From: a virus
Taxonomy: Duplodnaviria > Caudoviricetes
Length of the DNA: 64,000 bases
Reading direction: 5' to 3' (one strand)
IMG/VR virus record: IMGVR_UViG_3300029288_000101
Coordinates: 1-64,000 of that record
Shown here: in pieces, positions 20,474 through 29,900 of the stretch
Layout: the number at the start of each line of letters is the position of its first letter
How positions within the stretch are numbered: the stretch's first letter is position 1
Notes under the pieces: generated by a model
What the model saw: only the letters and a program-made list of their open reading frames with translations
Database searches by the model: none
What the model was told of the DNA's origin: nothing
Position numbers and translations under genes: made by a program

Positions 20474-21262
20474 TTACATTACACCAAAACTAATGCCCTT
20501 ATAAATATCTCGTAATTGCTTAGATCTTATTGCTAATTCTTCTGTATAGGTTTTAATGCGACCAGCAAATGCCCCATTGCCAGACTTTGTTGAACTTATG
20601 CTTTGTAACAACCCATCCAATCCTAATGAAAAATTACTGATACCCACACCAATTACTATGTCTCCTAATATTGCAAGCAATTCTATTGCAGCTAATTTCC
20701 CGACAAAGTCTACAATATCGGTTGGTACTTTTGTAAAACCTGTGATGTAACTAATTTCCCAGTAGTTTGGGATACTATCGTATCCCAAAAAGCCCAAGTG
20801 GGGTGTAATGCCGGAAAATATAACTGAGGCTGGTACTGAGGTTGTGGTATTTCCGGCTGGTACAATATGTATTTTCCTAAATAATTGCTCTTCATATTGA
20901 CGACGAGCTTTGCTTGCCCACTCAATAGGATACGTGATTTGTTTGACTGTACCTACAAAACCTGTTATATCTAAGGGTGTAATAACAGGAAAACTGCAAG
21001 CCATGTATCCCCAAGATTGATAGTCTGTGCGTATGAAATCTTGAGATTCACTGATGTATTTTCGACTAAATTGAAGTTCTAAAAAATGTTCAGCATATTT
21101 TCCTGCTGCTAATATCTTTTGTTTAATAGTTGTTTGAGATAATATCGTTCCGTCCTTATTTGTTAGAGGAATTCCATAAAGATATTGTTCCAATAATTCT
21201 GAAGGGGACAATAACATGTCTAAATTTTTTGAATATGACAAAATAAGTGTAATTGTAGTCAT
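20474..21262 (-). CDS. Head-tail adaptor/connector
   Basis: LYGIPL, YITGF..VP.D, GIS..SLGLDG..QS motifs; synteny. Confidence 0.7.
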   Translation of the reverse strand: MTTITLILSYSKNLDMLLSPSELLEQYLYGIPLTNKDGTILSQTTIKQKILAAGKYAEHFLELQFSRKYISESQDFIRTDYQSWGYMACSFPVITPLDITGFVGTVKQITYPIEWASKARRQYEEQLFRKIHIVPAGNTTTSVPASVIFSGITPHLGFLGYDSIPNYWEISYITGFTKVPTDIVDFVGKLAAIELLAILGDIVIGVGISNFSLGLDGLLQSISSTKSGNGAFAGRIKTYTEELAIRSKQLRDIYKGISFGVM

Positions 21263-21310
21263 TTTTAATTTCTTTTAAACTATTATCTCCTTCAATTCCT
21301 TGTCTTTCTC

Positions 21311-21709
21311 TCACAATAAACTTTTTATTTCTTCAGCTGTAAAATTATCTACAAGAAACTTCACTGCAATTTCTTTACTCTTCGAGTATTTCTCTTTTTG
21401 TTTTTCTTTTAAACCATCTATATTTTTTATAGTCTTCACCAACCATTTAAAACTCTTAGCAGTTAAAATCTCTTCAACTGCATCTTTTTCATTATCAGAT
21501 TGTTCCTCAACTTCTTCTACTTCCTTTTGTTTTTTCTTGTTTTTAGAGCCTTCTTCTACCTCAACAAACATAGCTGGATGTTCTAATAATACTTCTGCTG
21601 CTTCTTCAGAAACTGAAATTGTTCCTTCTTCAGAAACTTTTACTTCACCTTGTACGGGAACCGTCATTGTTTTTCCCCATGTGCTTTGATCTACCGATTT
21701 AATTTTCAT
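21311..21709 (-). CDS. Hypothetical late protein
   Basis: Downstream of capsid gene; has its own CAGTTATAA motif. Confidence 0.55.
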   Translation of the reverse strand: MKIKSVDQSTWGKTMTVPVQGEVKVSEEGTISVSEEAAEVLLEHPAMFVEVEEGSKNKKKQKEVEEVEEQSDNEKDAVEEILTAKSFKWLVKTIKNIDGLKEKQKEKYSKSKEIAVKFLVDNFTAEEIKSLL

Positions 21710-21762
21710 CTTGTTTACGTTTTTTTTAGTTTACAATTTATTTGATTATATTTTTCATCATT

Positions 21763-21771
21763 TTATAACTG
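21763..21771 (-). promoter_or_regulatory. Putative late promoter CAGTTATAA
   Basis: Exact recurring intergenic motif. Confidence 0.6.
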
Positions 21772-21778
21772 AAATTAG

Positions 21779-22819
21779 TTATCTTGCCAACATTCCTCTT
21801 GTCCAACCTTGTTCTAAATAAATATTTAGTTCTTCAGGTTTAATGTATTTGCTAATTTCTCCATTGTTAATACATTTCTTACCACACATATCTTTTTTCT
21901 TTCTACTAATTGCTTCTGAAAATTTAATTCTATTTTTAGATTTTAATAAACCCTTAAACCAGCGATGTTCTAAATAAAATTGAAGCTCCTCTGCTTTTAC
22001 AAATCTACTTATCTTTCCATTATTTACACCAATCTTACCTGTAGAACTTTTTCTTTTCAATTCTCTAGTTTCTAAAGAATTCTCACCTAAACCTTTGCTC
22101 CAGCCTTGTTCTGAATAAGATTCCAGTTCTTCTGGCTTTATGAATTTTCGTCCTTCTCCTTTATGAATCCAAATTTTTCCTTTATTATTTGCTGTCTGTC
22201 CTGGTTTAAAACAACCAGAATTATCTTTGTAAGCGTTTGGGTGCTCTTTGACGAATTTTTGTTGAGCTAACTTCATATTCTCGCAAGCTTCCTCTGATTT
22301 TAATTTTACCTCAGGATGCTCTTTGTAGAATTTCTTGCGTGATTTGCTTTGTTTATTTCTTGTTTCTGAAGAAGGTTTGTGTCCAACCTTAAATTTTGAC
22401 ATTTTCTTTCTATGTTCTTCGCTTTTAGGTTTATTCTTTAAAGCATCTCTAATTTTATCTTTTGATTCTTGTCTCCAAACTCTTTCTTTGCATGCTTTTG
22501 CAATTGCTTGCTTCGCTTTCTCTTTATGTTCACTCTTAAATCCACCACCACCTCTTGTTAAATTATATCCTATCTTTGGATTTGTAGCATCTAATTTCTT
22601 TATAAAAACTATCTCCCAAGCATTTAATTGGTCATCAGCTTTACAATGTTTTAAGATTTCTTTCTTAAAGTTCTTCTTGCCATATTTCTTAATAGCTCTA
22701 CTAATTAATTTACCAGAACCAAAATATTCAGGATTATTATAACTATCTTGACCAACATAAATTTTACTATTTATTATATTTGTGATTAAATAAATTATTC
22801 TATCTTTCTCTTTTTTCAT
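21779..22819 (-). CDS. GIY-YIG (Seg-like) homing endonuclease
   Basis: IIYLITN..N.KIYVGQ..Y.GSG..KYG..F.KEIL..GYN; NUMOD3 and NNG...GW repeats. Confidence 0.9.
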   Translation of the reverse strand: MKKEKDRIIYLITNIINSKIYVGQDSYNNPEYFGSGKLISRAIKKYGKKNFKKEILKHCKADDQLNAWEIVFIKKLDATNPKIGYNLTRGGGGFKSEHKEKAKQAIAKACKERVWRQESKDKIRDALKNKPKSEEHRKKMSKFKVGHKPSSETRNKQSKSRKKFYKEHPEVKLKSEEACENMKLAQQKFVKEHPNAYKDNSGCFKPGQTANNKGKIWIHKGEGRKFIKPEELESYSEQGWSKGLGENSLETRELKRKSSTGKIGVNNGKISRFVKAEELQFYLEHRWFKGLLKSKNRIKFSEAISRKKKDMCGKKCINNGEISKYIKPEELNIYLEQGWTRGMLAR

Positions 22820-22864
22820 ATCAATATTATTTTACAATCAAAAAAGATTAATTGCCTTAATCGC

Positions 22865-22893
22865 AAAAAGAGCAGGTAAATTTACCTGCTCTT
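22865..22893 (-). terminator. Intrinsic terminator after the major capsid gene
   Basis: Perfect palindrome AAGAGCAGGTAAATTTACCTGCTCTT running into a T tract on the minus strand. Confidence 0.8.
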
Positions 22894-22917
22894 CTAATTT
22901 ATTAATTTAAGTCCTAA

Positions 22918-24423
22918 TTACAAGCCAATATTAATAAGTCTAGTCATCTTTTTAGGTGCAAACAAGAGCATTGTACCATACAATAACACCATAAAACGTA
23001 CAGCAGGGCTGATGATTGCGAGGTCCATTTTCATGAGAGGTGCCAGTTGGCGGAAAGCGTAACATTCTTCATCATTTTGAATTAGGAATGCCTGGTCAGT
23101 GTTAGGAAGTATCCTATTTACATCACGAACTACATTACCTGCTCCGCCATCATAACCAGCTGTTCTTTCAGCAGCAGAAATGGTAAATAATGGCCAGAAA
23201 GTAGTTGAAGCCACAGAAACAGGAGCTTTCGTACTTCTGTAGATAATAAAACCAGTTGCAGGATTTGCTCCACCAGCAGGTGTAAATGCTAAATCAACAG
23301 CACCGCCAGCAAGAATTGCAGCAACCCCACCTGGATTAAGTACTGTAATAGCACCTTCTCCAAAACGGTTTATTGGACATACAGCATAATAATAATTGCC
23401 AGCATCACCAGCACCCCATAAACTGTTTGCAGCAGTAGGAGCAACAGGAGTTGCACTAATAGCAACTACAGCACCAGGAGCTAACACTGAAGTGGCAGCT
23501 GTTGTAGAGGTCTTTTTGTTTTCTTTATTTAAAAAGATATCATAGTTTAAATTCACACGACCATATTGTGAATCAAAAGCTACAACTCTCTGTCCCATTA
23601 CACCTGCAGCAACCTGGTCGCTGTTAGGAGCAATAAGTTTATTTCCGTAAAAATTTTTGACAAATGTCGAAAGAACCTTTGGCGGAGCAAAGAAGTCAGA
23701 ACCAAAACCGTGGTTCTCAACGATACCTTCATTTGCAGCTTCCAGATGAATTTCTTTCAGATAATCACCACGTAAATCAACTACAGAAGGATTATCATTA
23801 TAATATGCATTTTTATCAGCATAATCAGTGCTAAAATGTTGAGCATATAGACCATTAAATTCTTCCGGAATGATAGCTGAATTAGCACGAGCAATTGCAC
23901 GGTCAACTTTACGCAAAATCCAAAGAGAGCCATTCTTTACTTCTCTGTCAATTACACTACCAATCATTGTATTTACCAATGTCATCGGATGTGTTACAGA
24001 TTTTGTTACTCCTAAGAATTTTACTAACTGTGCACGTCTTACATACGTACTGTCTTCTTCATTCGGAAGTTCGCCCTCAACTACAAAACCACCTCTTTCA
24101 GCACCATAACTGGTTAGTTGATTAAATTCTTCAACTGTGTTATAAGCTGGGAGCTTCGGTACTTTTTTCCACAGCATTATTTCACTTTCTTTAAAGGTGA
24201 TAAGTTTCAGAGTTTTATCCAAACTTTCAACTTTCAAAGGAGCACCAGAAGCAGTTGTTGAGTTCAACGTCTGCATTCCTGTTATTTCCTGTGCTTCAAG
24301 AGCTTTTGACAATTCATTCAATTGTTCTTGAGTTGTATTAGCATTGCCAGCTAATACTTGGTCTACAACATTAGGATTTTGATAATCCTGCATATTGATT
24401 CCTAAATTCATCATATTATTCAT
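22918..24423 (-). CDS. Major capsid protein (Herelleviridae-like)
   Basis: ELSKAL..G..GA.LK.ESLD..LK.T, YG..G.F..E, EF.GL, L.P.MK..LA...LYG...L.APKK. Confidence 0.92.
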   Translation of the reverse strand: MNNMMNLGINMQDYQNPNVVDQVLAGNANTTQEQLNELSKALEAQEITGMQTLNSTTASGAPLKVESLDKTLKLITFKESEIMLWKKVPKLPAYNTVEEFNQLTSYGAERGGFVVEGELPNEEDSTYVRRAQLVKFLGVTKSVTHPMTLVNTMIGSVIDREVKNGSLWILRKVDRAIARANSAIIPEEFNGLYAQHFSTDYADKNAYYNDNPSVVDLRGDYLKEIHLEAANEGIVENHGFGSDFFAPPKVLSTFVKNFYGNKLIAPNSDQVAAGVMGQRVVAFDSQYGRVNLNYDIFLNKENKKTSTTAATSVLAPGAVVAISATPVAPTAANSLWGAGDAGNYYYAVCPINRFGEGAITVLNPGGVAAILAGGAVDLAFTPAGGANPATGFIIYRSTKAPVSVASTTFWPLFTISAAERTAGYDGGAGNVVRDVNRILPNTDQAFLIQNDEECYAFRQLAPLMKMDLAIISPAVRFMVLLYGTMLLFAPKKMTRLINIGL

Positions 24424-24483
24424 AGTTTCTTTTTTTTAGTTTAAATTATACAAATCACAATTTAGTGTACAATCTTATATCTT

Positions 24484-26187
24484 TTATTGAACAAGTGTTA
24501 TGCCTTTTTCAAGTTTTAATCTGTTAACGATATCAGCAGGTAACTGACCAGCACTTTCAAATAATGTCATTGCTTTTGCAAAACCGTCATCAATAACACC
24601 TTTTTCAAAGGTAGCTGAATCAAGAATTGATAACACTTGAGCTCTTTGTTTGCTTATTGAATAGGTATTTTTTGACTCTTTTGTTGCTTCTTGATTTTCT
24701 GGGAAGCGTTCCATTGCTTTCCTAATTGCCTTACCACCTCTTGCTGGTGCTTCTTCAAGTTCTTCAAATTTTCTTTCAATCCTTTGGTCCATATCTTTAA
24801 GAATAGTAGCTATGGCTTGAAATTTCAGGTCATTCTTTTCATTTAAACTATTAATTGCTTTTTCAATTATAGTCTCTTCTTGTTCATCAGAATCAAGGGC
24901 TTTCTTTATTTTAGAAGTAACACATTTTTTAATTTTCTTTTTAGGAACTTCTTCCTCTTCAACATCATCATCTTCGTCTTCCTCATCTCTGTCTTTTTCG
25001 TCTTCATCGATATCATTATCCCTATCTTGGGCTTTCTTTATTGTTTTCTTTTCTTCTTCTTCGTCTTCATATTCAGGCTCGTCTTCATCGTCTTCATCAT
25101 CCTCATCATCGCCTTCTTCAGCGTCATCTTCATCTTCTTCGTCTTCTTCATTTCCTTCTTTTTTTAACTTTTTTGATTTTTTAGATTTTTTCAATTCATC
25201 TTCTTCATCATCTTCATCGGTTTTAGCTTTTTCAATAGTTTCTTCTTCATCTTCTTTGCCAATTCCTAAAGTGTCGTATGCTTTCTGAATCATATCATCA
25301 GTAATTTCAGATTTTTCTTCGTTTTTCATAATATTTTGAGTTAAATTAAAGATTTCACATGCTTTTGCAATGTTTATACCTGAATTGTCATCAAATATTT
25401 TTTCAAACACTTCCGCTTTAGAAAAATACTTCTTTGATTGTTTCTGTTTTTTTTCTGATGAAATTAAGTCTTTCTCATTTCCATCCACATGCTCTCTTTT
25501 AAGAGCTTTTCCTGATGGAGTATCTGTTTCTAATGCTTTGAAAACTATATTACCATCAGTATCAACCAAAACTCTAGTCCCGTCTTTTCTTGTTACATCA
25601 CAAATATATTTTACTGTACCTCCGTTTGCTTTTTCTTCAGAAAGTACCTCATACTCTAGAACAGGAGTATCGTCGTCTTCAAAATCATTGTCCATACTTT
25701 TAATGATTTCTGCCAATGTGTGGGAGTTCTTAGGCAAATATGTAACAGCAACTCCTGTTATGACAGCCTTTGTTATCTTCTTGGGATTCATAACATCCCT
25801 TTCCTTAGCAGAACCTTCTATTGAAAATCCTAACCTTCTTGTCTTAGAGTTTTTTTCTAATACCTCAGCAAGTTCATATACTTCACGAGCAATTTTTGAA
25901 TCAGGATAGAGGTCACATTCTACATACAAGCCCTTCTTCGTAACCTCAGCCTTGGATGGTTCGCCAATCACAGTCTTTGGAGAACCTTTCACCTGGTGAT
26001 GCCAGTTAACAAGACCCTTTGAGGTAAGGTACGATATGTCGAATCCCTTCGTTACTAAAGTCTCTCCATCCGTGTCAACATCCTCAGTACTAGCGATTCC
26101 ACCAAGACGCATAATTTCCTTACCTTCTTCGTCTTTTGCTTTACTAATTTGAAGAGGAACCCAAAAATTAAAATTTTTTTCTTTCAT
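24484..26187 (-). CDS. Prohead protease fused to an acidic scaffold-like region
   Basis: GIAST...D.DGE, NWHH, IGEP, LGFSIEG, VAVT..P.N..T; D/E-rich tract; many xxKA motifs. Confidence 0.88.
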   Translation of the reverse strand: MKEKNFNFWVPLQISKAKDEEGKEIMRLGGIASTEDVDTDGETLVTKGFDISYLTSKGLVNWHHQVKGSPKTVIGEPSKAEVTKKGLYVECDLYPDSKIAREVYELAEVLEKNSKTRRLGFSIEGSAKERDVMNPKKITKAVITGVAVTYLPKNSHTLAEIIKSMDNDFEDDDTPVLEYEVLSEEKANGGTVKYICDVTRKDGTRVLVDTDGNIVFKALETDTPSGKALKREHVDGNEKDLISSEKKQKQSKKYFSKAEVFEKIFDDNSGINIAKACEIFNLTQNIMKNEEKSEITDDMIQKAYDTLGIGKEDEEETIEKAKTDEDDEEDELKKSKKSKKLKKEGNEEDEEDEDDAEEGDDEDDEDDEDEPEYEDEEEEKKTIKKAQDRDNDIDEDEKDRDEEDEDDDVEEEEVPKKKIKKCVTSKIKKALDSDEQEETIIEKAINSLNEKNDLKFQAIATILKDMDQRIERKFEELEEAPARGGKAIRKAMERFPENQEATKESKNTYSISKQRAQVLSILDSATFEKGVIDDGFAKAMTLFESAGQLPADIVNRLKLEKGITLVQ

Positions 26188-26219
26188 TTTTAATAAAAAT
26201 TATTTCTTACCAACTTTAT

Positions 26220-26879
26220 TTATTTTTCTTTTTCTCGCCTTTTCTCCCAACCTATTTTCGCAGACTCACTCATCTTTTCCAATGTCTCTTTCGTATAAAC
26301 ATTTGTTTTTCCTTTGTGCCAAGGTTCTTGATTTTTCTTAAAACCATGAGTATTTCCAATCAAACCTTCGTTCAATCTTCTTACAACTTCAGGATGTTCT
26401 TTAAAATATTTCTTACAAGATTTACTAATTTTCTTTTTTGTCTTTCTTGATAATTTACCTCCCCTACGAGTCTCGCTCATTTTCTTTTTCGCTTCTTCTG
26501 GCATCTTTCTTCCTGTTGCTGCTTCTCTCATTAATTGTTTTGTTTTTTCTGAAACAGTTCGACCTTTACCACCTTCTCCTCCATCTGTCATGTTATAACC
26601 AAACTCATCACCATGTTTGCAAATATTTGTTTTATATTTAGCTATATAAAATATCTCCATCTTATCTAACAAATTTTCAGGACAAATACAAACTCTCTCA
26701 ATCTTAAAATTATCTATCCCATATTTTTTGATTGCTTTATGTAAGCGAAAAGCACCTTTTTTAGATTCAGATTTTTCTATATGTCTTTGGAATCTCTTTA
26801 AATAACCATCTATGGTTTGTCCAAAATACAATTTATTGTTTACAATACAAATTATCTTATATATTTCACCTTTTCTCAT
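26220..26879 (-). CDS. GIY-YIG homing endonuclease (NUMOD3)
   Basis: GEIYKI..NNKLYFGQT, R..H, KYG, GYNMTDGG. Confidence 0.88.
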   Translation of the reverse strand: MRKGEIYKIICIVNNKLYFGQTIDGYLKRFQRHIEKSESKKGAFRLHKAIKKYGIDNFKIERVCICPENLLDKMEIFYIAKYKTNICKHGDEFGYNMTDGGEGGKGRTVSEKTKQLMREAATGRKMPEEAKKKMSETRRGGKLSRKTKKKISKSCKKYFKEHPEVVRRLNEGLIGNTHGFKKNQEPWHKGKTNVYTKETLEKMSESAKIGWEKRREKEK

Positions 26880-26929
26880 AATCTGTTTTCTATTTGTTCT
26901 TCCACCCTTAATCTATATTTATTTTGAAA

Positions 26930-26938
26930 TTATAACTG
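26930..26938 (-). promoter_or_regulatory. Putative late promoter CAGTTATAA
   Basis: Exact motif upstream of the endonuclease/protease/capsid run. Confidence 0.6.
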
Positions 26939-26966
26939 AAATAGATTGGCTGTTTGTTAAGCGTTA

Positions 26967-29900
26967 TTATTTCTTTTTCTTTCCTTTTAAATATTCAAAA
27001 CCTTTCTTCGTTAAATGAACAGTCTCATCTTCACCTTCAAATTGATTAAGTCCAACAAAACCTTTCCTCTGTAAATGTCCTAAGATTGCATTATCTGATT
27101 TTCCTCCACTTACAGAACTAGTCCAAACTGGATTATTTATAACACTTTCATCATCAGAATCTTGATACTCACTTTTCAAAACTTTTCTTAACACAATAAT
27201 TTCTTTTTCTGTTAATCCTCCAACTTTCTCTCTCTTCTTTTCTTTTATTGTTGTCTCTTTCTTCACTTCTTTCCTTACTTTTTCTTTTTGCTCATCTGTT
27301 AATTTAACATATGCCTTACCATACATTAAATTAGAACGAGAAGCGAATTTCATATTTAATTTTTGTAATTCTTCTTTTAAATTCTCTTCTGTTCCTTTCT
27401 TTTCCCCTTTAATTGGTTTTACTTTCTCTGGAATCTTAGTCAATATCCTATCTCCATATTTTACTTTCACATAAGCACCAAGTCTGCCTTCTCGCATCAT
27501 CATAAATTCTGCTGCCACTTCTTTTCCATCCACCATTATTTTTACTTTATCACCTCGTTTGAAGCCTAATGGATGTTCAATTTCTTTTGCCATGCCATAA
27601 GATTTAATTTTATCAAAAATCTTATCTCCTTTCTTTTGCTTATCTTCTGATGAGAGTATTTTTATTGTTTTCTTTGGTTGAATCTTTGCTTCAACTACTT
27701 TTGTATCTTCATCTTCTTTTCTTCGTTTATTTTGAAAATTCACTTTTGCTTTTGAATAACCTTCAAAAGCAACTTCATTAAAATGGAGTTTTTTTCTCAG
27801 TTTTTCTAATTCTTCTGGCTCTGTATTAATATTATGCTCTTTTATTCTTATCTCTTCTTTATAATATTTTATAGCATTCTCAGTAGATTCAATTAATTCT
27901 TCTAGACGTTGTTCATATAGTTTTTTTCTCAAAGTAAAGCCTTCTTCGTCCCATGGCTTCACCCAAACCCCTTGACGTTTTCCTTCTTTATTTATAATAA
28001 TTTTCTTTTGAAGTTTTGACAAATCCTTCTTCGCCTTTTCAATATCACCCAGCATACCTTCTTCACCTTGCTGGCTTAATATTTTATATTGTAAATCTGT
28101 AATTAAAATATTAGATTCTAAAAATTCTGATAGATCTTCTGCTTTAATTATTTTATCATCAAAACTTTTTTTAATTTCCTTATTTCTTTGTTTTGCCATT
28201 TCTTCCATCAACTTTAATAAATCATAATAATCTGAAATTTCTCTTAAATGGTCTTCAGCAATTTTACCGTAAACAATTTTTTCAGCCGGAAATTCTCCAG
28301 TTTCTTTATAATAATCTTTAATGAATTGAAAAGTATCTTTGTGTTCTTTTTCCACCTCCACACCCAACTTCAATTGCTTTTTATCTAATTTCTTATCTTC
28401 TGATTTTTTGTCTCCAATTTGTTCTCCTTGTACTTCTTTTGAAGCAAAAGAATAAATAAAAGACTCAAGTTCTTCAGTTTCTATACCAAGCTCTTCAGCT
28501 AACTTATGTACTTCCTCATCAGGTATTTTCTCTCCTTTAAATTCCTTAAGAAAATCTATTACTTTTGTTTTCTCTTTTTTTGTTAACGTTTCCTGAATTG
28601 CCTTCTCAAAGCCATGTTTCTTTGCTTCTGAATAGGCAATAGCTAATGCTTGGTCTCTATCCGTAACAATCTCACCACTCCCTGAATGTAGAGTTCCTCT
28701 TGCAAATTCTCTCATCACTACAGCTATTTTATCTTTACCTTTTAATTTTTTTCGTTTTTTAGTACCAGCACCAAGTTTATCTGAATGTTCCATTGCCATA
28801 TCTTGTTCTTTCTTTGCTTTTTCCACTACATTTTCTTCTTCTAAATTCTTATAATCATCTTTAATCTGATAAATATGCATAGAGCCTGGAATATCCTTTT
28901 CTGGGTCATGTTTCAAAAATGCTTTCAATTCAAAACTATTATCATCTTTATGTCCTGCTGCCATCCAAGCTTCTAATAATTTCACTCCTCTATAATGAGT
29001 AACAATTCCAATATTTTGTCCTTTATATTTCTTTGCTATTCTTTTTATAAAATTCAAAAATCTATCCTTAAAAATATTAAAAGATTCCCCTTTAGAATCT
29101 ACATCTTCCTTACCTTCTTTAGCAGGAACAGGTTTATCTGGATGATTTATGTAAAATATTATCTTTTTCTTGTTCTTAAAGAAATCCTCACCTTGAAACT
29201 TTCCTAAATTCCAAGGGCGCAAATCAAAAGTATAATCTTTTACAGGCAAATCAACCTTCTCAGAAATAATATCGGCTGTTTGTTTAGATCGTTTTAAATC
29301 TGAAGAGAACAACACATCTAAGTCATCCTTTTTTAAAGTTTTTGCAACATCTTTTGCATTCTTAATGCCCTTCTTAGTCAGTGGAATATTTAAATGACCT
29401 CTGACAAAATCTTTAGAATCATTGTTTTCTGCATTCAGCTTTGTATTGCCGTGCCTAATTACAAATATATTTGTCGTTCCTTTTTTATCTTTAGGAATTT
29501 CTTGTTGAATAGCTTTTTCCATAATATTTTCTTCTTTTAATTCTTTATCTTCTTGATTAATATCCGTACCATTTTCTTCTTTTCCTTTTTCATCAAAAAT
29601 CCATTGCAAATTTTCTGGAAGATTGTATTCATCAGGGTCAAGCGACTCATCAGAAAAATCATCAGTATCATCATCATTTTCTTTTTTCTTAATCTGATTA
29701 TTAATTTCTGATAAAGTGGGTACTTTCCAAGTTTGTTCTTCTTCTATAGCCTTTAATATTTCTTCCTTATTTACACCAAGCTGTAAAATCCAAGCATCTA
29801 TTATGTGGGGATTTACATAACTTGATTTCGCCATGCTCGGTGAATTATTGAGTTTTTTTGATACTCGGTTGAAAGTATCTTTCAGCTTATCACTTATCAA

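Noticed and set aside
24900-25260. Asp/Glu-rich low-complexity tract as a separate repeat element
   Set aside because: Explained by the acidic scaffold portion of the protease ORF
1368-26879. Group I introns hosting the endonucleases
   Set aside because: Flanking genes appear complete, and the gaps are too short to hold intron cores
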